Positions 18,930 through 27,145 of a stretch of 64,000 nucleotides of DNA are shown in pieces. Positions within the stretch are counted from its first letter, which is position 1, and every line of letters begins with the position of its first letter. The translations under genes were made by a program, and so were the position numbers. The notes beneath the pieces were generated by a model that was not told the DNA's origin, searched no databases, and saw nothing but the letters and a program-made list of their open reading frames with translations. This DNA comes from an uncultured delta proteobacterium (GTDB lineage Bacteria; Desulfobacterota; Desulfobulbia; Desulfobulbales; JAGXFP01). Where the stretch lies: positions 646,893 through 710,892 of the forward strand of contig CAWEAD010000005.1 of assembly GCA_963807225.1 (NCBI GenBank). The letters are read 5' to 3'.

Positions 18930-21799
18930 TGACCGGGCCGGAACGAAATCGGGCCGACGGTAGTGAGGCCGTTCTGGCCGTGGTAGCCGGGCTGGTCGGT
19001 GAGGTGCATTCCACCGAGCCGCCGGCGGCGATCACCCTGGACAGTTCTCTGGACCGGGATCTGGGGCTGGACAGCCTGACCAGGGTCGAACTACTGGCCC
19101 GGCTGGAAAAAACCTTCGGCGTCTCACTGCCGGAAAGGGTCCTGGCCATCGCCGAAACCCCCCGCGACCTGCTGCGCTCCATCCAGACCGCCGGCTCCTC
19201 CACATCTTCAACCGCTGCGACCGCGCCGCCGCCCACGCCCGGACCATCCGAGGATACTTCCCGCCTCGCCCCACCTGAACAGGCCGCCACCCTGGTCGAG
19301 GCCCTGCGACACCACGCCGAACGCCATCCCGACCGGCTCCATATCCGTTTATTCAGCGATAGCGGCGAGGGCGAAATCATCACCTACGGCGAACTCTGGG
19401 CCGAGGCCGGTGAGGTCGCCGCCGGACTCCAGCACTTCGGCCTGGCCGCCGGCGAGACGGTGCTCCTGATGCTGCCCACCGGCCGCGATTACTTCCGGGC
19501 CTTCGCCGGGGTACTGGTGGCCGGCGGGGTCCCGGTGCCGGTCTACCCGCCGGGCCGGATCAAACAGATCGAGGAGCACCTCCGGCGCCATGCCGCCATC
19601 GCCGCAAACTCCCAGGCCAGGTTGATGATCACCACTCCCGAGGCACAACCCTTCGCCCGGCTCATGCAGCAGACCGGGATGAAGAGCGTGGCCGAGCTCC
19701 TGGCGGCCGGAGCCGGTCAGCCCTTGCATCGCCCGGAACGGGCCGGGGCTGACACCGCCTTTCTCCAGTACACCTCCGGTTCCACCGGTATGCCCAAAGG
19801 GGTGATCCTGAGCCACGCCAACCTCCTGGCCAATATCCGGGCCATGGGTCGGGCCCTGATGGTCACCTCCGAAGACATCTTCGTCAGCTGGCTGCCCCTC
19901 TACCATGACATGGGGCTGATCGGCGCCTGGTTCGGCAGTCTTTATTTCGCCTGCCCCCTGGTACTGATGTCGCCCCTATCCTTCCTGACCCGGCCAATTC
20001 GCTGGTTTCAGGCCATCAGCCGCTATGGCGGGACGCTGTCGGCCGCCCCCAATTTCGCTTACGAACTTTGCCGACGGCGGATCGAGGAAAGCGAGCTGGA
20101 AGGCATCGACCTGAGTTCCTGGCGCTGTGCCTTCAACGGGGCGGAGGCGGTGAGCCCGGCCACCATCGAAGGTTTCCATGATCGTTTCGCCCCGTGGGGC
20201 TTCCGGGCCGAGAGCATGAAGCCGGTTTACGGCCTGGCTGAAAACTCGGTAGGACTCGCCTTTCCGGACCCCGGCCGGACCGCGCGGATCGACCACGTCA
20301 GCCGCCGGAGCCTGATGCGGAGTGGCCGAGCCGAAGCGGCCGGGGCCGACCACGCCGATACCCTGAGCCTGGTCGGTTGCGGCCTGCCTCTGCCGGGTCA
20401 TCAGATCAGAATCGTCAACGATCGCGACAGGGAACTGCCTGACCGGCGCGAGGGCCACATCCAATTCCTGGGGCCCTCCGCCACCAGCGGCTATTTCCGC
20501 AATCCCGAGCAGACCGCCGCCCTCTTCCATGGTCCCTGGCTGGATACCGGCGACCTGGGTTACCTGGCCGACGGCGAACTCTTCATCACCGGGCGCAGCA
20601 AGGACATCATCATCAAGGGCGGCCGAAATATCTACCCGGTGGAACTGGAAGAGGAGATCGGCAAACTGGAGGGGGTCCGGAGTGGCAATGTGGCGATCTT
20701 CGGGGCACCGGACCGGGAACAGGGCACGGAAAGACTGGTGGTCCTGGCCGAGACCCGGAAGCGGCGGCCGGAGGATCTGGCCGAACTGCGGGGCGCCATC
20801 ACCGGGATAATCACCGATCTGACCGGGGAGCCCCCGGACGAGGTGGTTTTGGCCCCGCCCAATTCGGTACCCAAGACCTCCAGTGGCAAGATCCGGCGCC
20901 GGGCCAGCCGGGAACTATACGAGCAGGGACGAATCGGCCAACCCCGCAAGGCCGTCTGGCTGCAAGTGGCCACCTTCGCCCTGGCCGGTCTAGGCAACCG
21001 ACTACGGCAAGGTTTCAGACGACTCAAAGCAACAAGTTACGCCGGCTGGTGCTGGCTGCTCTTCGGGCTGGCAACGGTGCCGGCGGTCACGGGTATAATC
21101 CTGCTGTCAACCATCCGCATCCGCTGGCGCTGGCTGCACCATCTGGTGCGGCTGACCCTGCGCTTGGCCCGGCTCCCATTGCGGGTCACGGGGCTGGACA
21201 ATCTGCCCTCCTGCCCGGCAATCCTGATCGCCAACCATGCCAGTTATCTGGATGGGATCATCATGATCGGCGTCCTGCCCAACCCCTGCGGCTTCGTGGC
21301 CAAAGCGGAACTACGGCAAAATCGCTTCCTGGGTTGGCTCCTAAGCAGAATGGGCACAGAATTCGTAGAGCGCTTCGATCGGGAACAGGGGGTGTCAGAT
21401 TCCCGAAGACTGGCGGAACTTGCCGGCAGCGGCCGGTCACTGTGCTTCTTCCCCGAAGGAACCTTCACCAGGATGCCCGGCCTACTGCCCTTCCGTCTGG
21501 GCGGCTTCGTCACGGCAGTGAGCGGAAAACTTCCGGTTGTGCCAATCGCCCTGCGCGGCAGCCGTTCGATCCTCCGGGCCGGCTCCTGGTTCCCGCAGCG
21601 AGGCCTGATCCGCGTCGAGATCGGTCCGCCACTGGATATTCCGGCTATTATCGCTCAGACCGGTGGCGATAACTGGCGCGCCGCCCTGGAACTAAGCCTA
21701 CAAACCAGAGCCTGGTTGCTCGATCACTGCGGCGAGCCGAATCTGGCCCAGGAGAGACCGCCCCTATTGTTTGGGACTGATAATAAGAATGGGGTTTAG
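18929..21799 (+). CDS. Tri-domain fusion of a carrier protein (PP-binding), an AMP-dependent acyl ligase and a membrane-anchored PlsC-type acyltransferase
   Basis: 956 aa. Contains LGLDSLTRVELL (phosphopantetheine Ser), YTSGSTGMPKGV and GDLGY...GRSKD (adenylation motifs), hydrophobic helices, and NHASYLDG (HX4D) plus FPEGT (acyltransferase motifs). Confidence 0.8.
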   Translation: MTGPERNRADGSEAVLAVVAGLVGEVHSTEPPAAITLDSSLDRDLGLDSLTRVELLARLEKTFGVSLPERVLAIAETPRDLLRSIQTAGSSTSSTAATAPPPTPGPSEDTSRLAPPEQAATLVEALRHHAERHPDRLHIRLFSDSGEGEIITYGELWAEAGEVAAGLQHFGLAAGETVLLMLPTGRDYFRAFAGVLVAGGVPVPVYPPGRIKQIEEHLRRHAAIAANSQARLMITTPEAQPFARLMQQTGMKSVAELLAAGAGQPLHRPERAGADTAFLQYTSGSTGMPKGVILSHANLLANIRAMGRALMVTSEDIFVSWLPLYHDMGLIGAWFGSLYFACPLVLMSPLSFLTRPIRWFQAISRYGGTLSAAPNFAYELCRRRIEESELEGIDLSSWRCAFNGAEAVSPATIEGFHDRFAPWGFRAESMKPVYGLAENSVGLAFPDPGRTARIDHVSRRSLMRSGRAEAAGADHADTLSLVGCGLPLPGHQIRIVNDRDRELPDRREGHIQFLGPSATSGYFRNPEQTAALFHGPWLDTGDLGYLADGELFITGRSKDIIIKGGRNIYPVELEEEIGKLEGVRSGNVAIFGAPDREQGTERLVVLAETRKRRPEDLAELRGAITGIITDLTGEPPDEVVLAPPNSVPKTSSGKIRRRASRELYEQGRIGQPRKAVWLQVATFALAGLGNRLRQGFRRLKATSYAGWCWLLFGLATVPAVTGIILLSTIRIRWRWLHHLVRLTLRLARLPLRVTGLDNLPSCPAILIANHASYLDGIIMIGVLPNPCGFVAKAELRQNRFLGWLLSRMGTEFVERFDREQGVSDSRRLAELAGSGRSLCFFPEGTFTRMPGLLPFRLGGFVTAVSGKLPVVPIALRGSRSILRAGSWFPQRGLIRVEIGPPLDIPAIIAQTGGDNWRAALELSLQTRAWLLDHCGEPNLAQERPPLLFGTDNKNGV

Positions 21800-21841
21800 G
21801 GGATCGGCGAAGCCGCATCAAACAGGGTCTTCCGCTTCCGG

Positions 21842-22032
21842 CCATCTCACGCCGCCGGAGTGACGCCGGAGCGGCCGGAAAAAGCGAGAAAGCTGTTTGA
21901 GGGCCGGCATGGCCCGAGTTATTTCTCGCCCGACCGTGACAAGGAAAGGAACGGAGGGAACCCCGCGAAGGGGGCAGTGACGGCCTGCCCTTTCTTTGGT
22001 TCGTTTCTTTGGGCAAACAAAGAAACGAACCA
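21842..22032. repeat. Intergenic structured repeat, family A, copy 2, ending in a perfect 14-bp hairpin
   Basis: Aligns with 157-363. The terminal hairpin is GGTTCGTTTCTTTG (21999-22012) / CAAAGAAACGAACC (22019-22032). It sits between two convergent genes (stops at 21799 and 22041). Confidence 0.75.
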
Positions 22033-22040
22033 ACTTCAAC

Positions 22041-23363
22041 TCACTTAAACTTATACTCCCGCGTCACCTTAAAAATCACCGGACTAAGAAGCAACAGGCC
22101 GATCAGGTTGGGAATGGCCATCAGGGCGTTCAGGGTATCGGCCAGGAGCCAGACGAAGCTAAGCTTCAGGACCGTGCCGACGTAGACCGCCACCACCCAG
22201 AGGATCCGATAGGGCAGGATTACCCCGGTGCCCAGCAGGTACTCCAGGCATTTTTCACCGTAGAAGGCCCAGCCCAGCAAGGTGGTAAAAGCGAACAGGG
22301 TCAGGCCGATGGCGACACTGTGGGCGCCGACGGTGGGCAGGGTCTGGGCGAAGGCCTGGGAGGTCAGGGCGGCGCCATTGGGACCTCCTTGCCAGAGGCC
22401 GCTGATGACGATGACCAAGCCGGTAATCGAGCAGACGACGATGGTGTCGATGAAGGTGCCGAGCATGGCGATCGACCCCTGCTTGACCGGATCGGAGGTC
22501 TTGGCGGCGGCGTGGGCGATGGGGGCGCTGCCCAACCCCGCCTCGTTGGAGAAAACTCCGCGGGCCACGCCCTTGATGACCATGCCCAGGAAACCGCCGG
22601 CGGCAGCGGTGCCGGTGAAGGCCTGCCCGAAGATTTCACCGAAGGCATCCGGAACCTTACCGAGGTTCATGGCGATGATGGTCAGTCCGCAGCCCACGTA
22701 GAAAATGGCCATGAAGGGCACCAGCTTGCCGGCCACAGTGGCGATGCGTTTGATCCCGCCCAGGATCACCGCCCCAACCAGCACGGCCAGCACGATGCCG
22801 GTGGCCATCTTGGGAATGTCGTAGCTGTCCTTGAGGGCGGCGGCGATGGAGTTGGACTGCACCATATTGCCGATGCCGAAGGCGGCCACGGTGCCGAAGA
22901 GGGCGAAAAGAAAACCGAGCCAGGCCCAGTTTTTGCCCAGACCATTCTTGATGAAGTACATGGGGCCGCCGACATGATCACCCCGGTCGTCGACCTCACG
23001 GAATTTAACGGCACAGACCGCCTCAGCGTATTTGGTGGCCAACCCGACCACCGCCGTCACCCACATCCAGAAGATCGCCCCGGGGCCACCGACCGAGACG
23101 GCGGTGGCTACCCCGGCGATATTGCCGGTGCCGATGGTGGCGGAGAGAGCCGTCATCAGGGCGTTGAAGGGGCTGATCTCACCTGCCTCACCAGTCTCGG
23201 CCCGCCCTTGTAAGAGCAGTCGGAAACCATGGACCAGCTTGCGCACCGGCATGAAGCCGAGTCCGACCATCAGGTAGGCACCGACCCCGACGATCAGCAC
23301 CAACATCGGCACGCCCCAGACTATTCCATTGATCTGATTAACAAAATTGGTCAAGGCTTCCAT
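22041..23363 (-). CDS. Alanine/glycine:cation symporter (AGCS family)
   Basis: 440 aa. N-terminus MEALTNFVNQINGIVWGVPMLVLIVGVGAYL and the overall 11-TM pattern are typical of sodium:alanine symporters. Confidence 0.85.
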   Translation of the reverse strand: MEALTNFVNQINGIVWGVPMLVLIVGVGAYLMVGLGFMPVRKLVHGFRLLLQGRAETGEAGEISPFNALMTALSATIGTGNIAGVATAVSVGGPGAIFWMWVTAVVGLATKYAEAVCAVKFREVDDRGDHVGGPMYFIKNGLGKNWAWLGFLFALFGTVAAFGIGNMVQSNSIAAALKDSYDIPKMATGIVLAVLVGAVILGGIKRIATVAGKLVPFMAIFYVGCGLTIIAMNLGKVPDAFGEIFGQAFTGTAAAGGFLGMVIKGVARGVFSNEAGLGSAPIAHAAAKTSDPVKQGSIAMLGTFIDTIVVCSITGLVIVISGLWQGGPNGAALTSQAFAQTLPTVGAHSVAIGLTLFAFTTLLGWAFYGEKCLEYLLGTGVILPYRILWVVAVYVGTVLKLSFVWLLADTLNALMAIPNLIGLLLLSPVIFKVTREYKFK

Positions 23364-23473
23364 CGGCCACCCCCAGTTCGAATTTTCAGCAGAACACCAG
23401 TGCGCTATTCAACAGGACAGGAATTATAGCAGAGAAAATGCTTCCCGCCAGACCTTAAGGGCAGAGTCAATCA

Positions 23474-23507
23474 ATAAAAATGGGCTGGCGGAAATCTCCG
23501 CCGCCCT
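23474..23507 (-). terminator. Intrinsic terminator downstream of the 23631-24470 gene
   Basis: The minus strand reads GGGCGGCGGA-GATT-TCCGCC(A)GCCC followed by ATTTTTATT. Confidence 0.6.
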
Positions 23508-23630
23508 GCCTACCTTGTGACTTCGACTTTCAGATTTTCGGCAGGTGCTGGATGGCCTCGACAATGGCCTGGATCGGTCCCGCTTCAACCTGGGCTTACC
23601 CCTGGGCCGGTTGCGTCTCAGGGGCGTCGG

Positions 23631-24470
23631 TTAATCGACCAGATCCGAATAATACTTTTGCGCACACTCGGGGCAGACCCCGTGGGAAAAGTCGATCTCG
23701 CCCTGCTCATGGAAATAGGCCTCCAGCTGGCGCCAGTTGCCCTGCTGATCTCGGATCTGTTTGCAGAAAGAGCAGATCGGCAGAATACCCTTCAGGACCC
23801 TGATTTCTTCCAGGGCTTTTTCCAGCAGGACTTTCTTCTCAAGTACCCTCTGGTGGGCCAGGTGCCGAAAGGTTTCCACCCAATAGGAAAAAAGACTGAC
23901 AATGGCAAAGGAAATCAGAAATCTGGTCCTGAAATGATCGCTATAAGGATAGGTCCCGAAGCTTTCCGGCCAGATCAGGAGCAGAGCGCAAAGCAAGCCG
24001 CACAGACTGACCCAGACCAGGCCTTCGTTCTGGCCCAGCAGGAAGAAGATAATGGGTGGCAGGGTATACATCCAGAGGATGGTGGTGCCGGAATAGATGC
24101 CGGCCCAGGCCATGTAAAGAAGGAAGACGATCAGTATACCCATCGCGATCCGGAAAAAGAAGGTCCGCACCGGGGCGTTTTTCAGGGAGACCAAGCCGGC
24201 CAGGAAAATACACCCGACCGAAATGTCCCCGGCCATTATCAGGGTTTCGCCCTTCAAGAGACTGTTGACCGCGAAGCCGGCCAGGATGGCGATAATAAGC
24301 ACCATGGCCACGGCATTTAACAGCAGGCGATGTTTTTCCAGTTCATCGGCCTGGGGCGGGAAAAGCAGGCGGCTCAACCTTTCGGATGCCAATGCGAACT
24401 GAATCAGATTCATGCCTGCGTCTTTTGCCTCATCATTGCCCTTTTTCTGTCCGGCTGATCTGTGGCTCAT
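23631..24470 (-). CDS. Polytopic membrane protein with a coiled-coil and a C-terminal Cys4 module (function unknown)
   Basis: 279 aa with about 6 hydrophobic helices. After them come EKKVLLEKALEEIRVLKG and ILPICSFCKQIRDQQGNWRQLEAYFHEQGEIDFSHGVCPECAQKYY. Confidence 0.75.
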   Translation of the reverse strand: MSHRSAGQKKGNDEAKDAGMNLIQFALASERLSRLLFPPQADELEKHRLLLNAVAMVLIIAILAGFAVNSLLKGETLIMAGDISVGCIFLAGLVSLKNAPVRTFFFRIAMGILIVFLLYMAWAGIYSGTTILWMYTLPPIIFFLLGQNEGLVWVSLCGLLCALLLIWPESFGTYPYSDHFRTRFLISFAIVSLFSYWVETFRHLAHQRVLEKKVLLEKALEEIRVLKGILPICSFCKQIRDQQGNWRQLEAYFHEQGEIDFSHGVCPECAQKYYSDLVD

Positions 24471-24596
24471 GCGTTGGGACGGTGCCGGATTCGGATCGAG
24501 TCACCAACCATATCTAACACAGGCAAGGAACAAATACTAAAAAAGGGGGCAGCGGAATTCCCGCCACCCCCCGGACAACCCTTCAGACTGATCTCG

Positions 24597-25940
24597 TCAA
24601 ACCTTCGGCAGATGCTTGGTGGCCTCGGCTATGGCCTCGGCCGGGTACTCGTAGTTGGAAAGCTGGCCGGCATGGTACATCTCATAACTGGACAGATCAA
24701 GCAACCCATGGCCGGAGAGATTGAAGAGGATGGTCTTGGGCTCGTTCAAGTCCTTGGTGGCCTCCATGATGGCGGCCCGGACCGCATGGCAGGACTCCGG
24801 CGCCGGGATGATGCCCTCGGTCTTGGCGAAGAGGACGCCGGCTTCGAAGCACTCCAGCTGGTGCAGGGCCATGACCTCGATCACCTTCTCGCGATAGAGG
24901 GCGCTGATGATCGGCGACATGCCGTGGTAGCGCAGGCCGCCGGCATGGATGCCGGGCGGAATGAAGTCGTGGCCCAGGGTGTACATCTGCATCATCGGGG
25001 TACGCTTGGAGAGATCGCCGAAATCATAGGCGTAAACGCCGCGGGTCATGGAAGGACAGGAGGCGGGCTCGACGCCCAGCAGCCGGATCTTCTTACCGCT
25101 CAACTTATCCTGCACGAAGGGGCTGGCGATGCCGGCGAAGTTGGAGCCGCCACCGCAGCAGCCGATGACCACATCCGGGTAATCGCCGACCATGGCCAGC
25201 TGTTTCTTGGCCTCCAACCCGATGATGGTCTGGTGCAGGCAGACATGGTTCAGCACCGAACCCAGGGCGTAGTTGGTGTCGGGATGGGAAACCGTGTCCT
25301 CCAGGGCCTCGCTGATAGCGATGCCGAGTGAACCGGGGGAGTTGGGATCCTTGGCCAGGATCGACTGACCGGTTGGGGTCAGCTGGCTGGGGCTGGCCAC
25401 CACTTCGGCGCCGTAAGTGTGCATCATCGCCTTGCGGTAGGGCTTCTGGTCGAAGGAAACCTTGACCATGTAAACCATGCATTCCAAACCGATCTTCTGG
25501 GTGGCGAAGGAGAGGGCGCTGCCCCACTGGCCGGCCCCGGTCTCGGTGGCCAGCCGCTTGATACCGGCCTGCTTGTTGTAGTAGGCCTGGGGCACGCTGC
25601 TATTGGTCTTGTGGCTGCCGGAGGGCGAGACGGATTCGTTCTTGAAATAGATCTTGGCCTTGGTGCCCAATGCCTGTTCCAGGAAAGTGGCCCGGACCAG
25701 TGGCGAGGGACGCCAGATCGCGAATACATCCTGCACTTCCTGGGGAATATCGATCCAGCTGTTGGGGCTCATCTCCTGCTCGAGCAGGGCACCGGGGAAG
25801 ATGGCCAGCAATTTTTCCGGGGCCATCGGCTGGTTGTTTTCCGGATCGAGCGGCGGCTGCAGGCCGTTGGGGATGTCCGGCAGGACGTTATACCACTGGG
25901 TGATCCGATCCTCGTAGGGCAAAATGATCTGCTTGCTCAT
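24597..25940 (-). CDS. TrpB2-type tryptophan synthase beta-subunit-like PLP enzyme
   Basis: Contains NESVSPSGSHKTNS (PLP lysine) and GCCGGGSNFAG. I place the start at ATG 25940, preceded by GAGG, rather than at 25991. Confidence 0.8.
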   Translation of the reverse strand: MSKQIILPYEDRITQWYNVLPDIPNGLQPPLDPENNQPMAPEKLLAIFPGALLEQEMSPNSWIDIPQEVQDVFAIWRPSPLVRATFLEQALGTKAKIYFKNESVSPSGSHKTNSSVPQAYYNKQAGIKRLATETGAGQWGSALSFATQKIGLECMVYMVKVSFDQKPYRKAMMHTYGAEVVASPSQLTPTGQSILAKDPNSPGSLGIAISEALEDTVSHPDTNYALGSVLNHVCLHQTIIGLEAKKQLAMVGDYPDVVIGCCGGGSNFAGIASPFVQDKLSGKKIRLLGVEPASCPSMTRGVYAYDFGDLSKRTPMMQMYTLGHDFIPPGIHAGGLRYHGMSPIISALYREKVIEVMALHQLECFEAGVLFAKTEGIIPAPESCHAVRAAIMEATKDLNEPKTILFNLSGHGLLDLSSYEMYHAGQLSNYEYPAEAIAEATKHLPKV

Positions 25941-26028
25941 GATAACCTCGTCGATGGTTGGCGGTTGCTGTGGTTCGGACAGAAAAGACAATCGTTATTC
26001 TTTAAAAGGCGTGGGCTGTGAAGTCAAG

Positions 26029-26187
26029 GAGAAGTGAAGTACAAGGCACAAGTTATAAGTTTAAAGTGGTGGATGTTGCGGTTAGATAGAACCGCAAGTT
26101 GAGTAGTAGGTGGATTATTGCTCGGATCATGGTAAATTCCCTTCGGCAACAGCAACTACCGTAATTTTACACTTGAAGCTTATAACT
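26029..26187. repeat. Family-G miniature cassette: imperfect 18-bp inverted repeats flanking a 101-bp insert
   Basis: AGTTATAAGTTTAAAGTG (26051-26068) matches the reverse complement of CACTTGAAGCTTATAACT (26170-26187) at 16/18. It shares the 11-mer AAGTTATAAGT with 39716-39726. The inner left end GGATGTTGCGGTTA resembles GGATGTTACGATTA at 33719-33732. Confidence 0.6.
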
Positions 26188-26202
26188 ATAATCTAACCTT
26201 TC

Positions 26203-27000
26203 ATGTCTGCCATCATCGACTTCCACGCCCATGCCTTTCCCGATCAGGTGGCGGCGGCCGCCGTGCCGGCCCTGGCCGAAAGGGGTAAGGTTACCCCATG
26301 TCTGGACGGGCGCATCGATACTCTGCTGGCCGCCATGGATGGCGCCGGAGTCGAGAAATCGGTGCTCTGCTCCATCGCCACCCGGCCCGGCCAGTTCGAC
26401 TCGATCCTGGCCTGGTCGAAGCAGATCCGCTCGGAGCGGCTGATCCCCTTTCCCTCCTTCCACCCGGAAAACCCCGAAGCCCTGGAAGATATCCGGATTA
26501 TCGCAGCCGAGGGTTTCAAGGGCATCAAGATGCACCCTTACTATCAAAGCTTCAGTATCGACGAGGAACGGCTCTTCCCCTTCTACGAGGCGATGAGCGC
26601 CGCCGGACTGATCCTGGTCATGCACACCGGTTTCGATATCGGCTTCCCCAGAGAGGATATAGCCGGGCCGGCTCGAATCAGGCGAGTCATCGACCTCTTC
26701 CCAGAGCTGAAGTTCGTCGCCACCCACCTCGGGGCCTGGGAGATGTGGGACCAGGTCCACCAACTCCTGACCGGCCGCCGGGTCTACATGGACATCTCCT
26801 TCTCCCTCCAGTACCTGTCGACCGAGCAGGCCCGGGCCATGCTCCTGGCCCATCCGGCCGACCGACTCCTCTTCGGCAGTGACTCCCCCTGGGCCTGCCA
26901 GGAAGAGGTGGCCGCCATGCTCCGCGCCCTGCAATTGGGCCCGGAGCTGGAAGAACGGATTTTCCGCCTTAACGCCATGGAATTACTGGGAATATTATAA
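26203..27000 (+). CDS. Amidohydrolase-2-family metal-dependent hydrolase (TIM barrel)
   Basis: 265 aa. Starts IIDFHAHAFPD and contains ...GFKGIKMHP...HTG...FGSDSPW. Confidence 0.75.
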   Translation: MSAIIDFHAHAFPDQVAAAAVPALAERGKVTPCLDGRIDTLLAAMDGAGVEKSVLCSIATRPGQFDSILAWSKQIRSERLIPFPSFHPENPEALEDIRIIAAEGFKGIKMHPYYQSFSIDEERLFPFYEAMSAAGLILVMHTGFDIGFPREDIAGPARIRRVIDLFPELKFVATHLGAWEMWDQVHQLLTGRRVYMDISFSLQYLSTEQARAMLLAHPADRLLFGSDSPWACQEEVAAMLRALQLGPELEERIFRLNAMELLGIL

Positions 27001-27145
27001 AAACCAGCCCGGTCCATCGCCTGGTCGCAAACCAAGGTTGCAGCGGGAATTCATGCCCTCCCCTTCAATTACCATTGCCAAATAACGTAAACTGACCTTA
27101 ACTGCGCGGCTATTCACCGCCAGAGCGAAGGGGCGGAGGGGTGTT

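Noticed and set aside
23364-23630. A possible glycine riboswitch upstream of the alanine/glycine:cation symporter, a common arrangement.
   Set aside because: Reading the minus strand, I found none of the conserved GGAGAG...CACCGAAGGGGCAA / CTCTGGAGAG...ACCG cores. The only clear structure is the terminator of the upstream gene (23474-23507).
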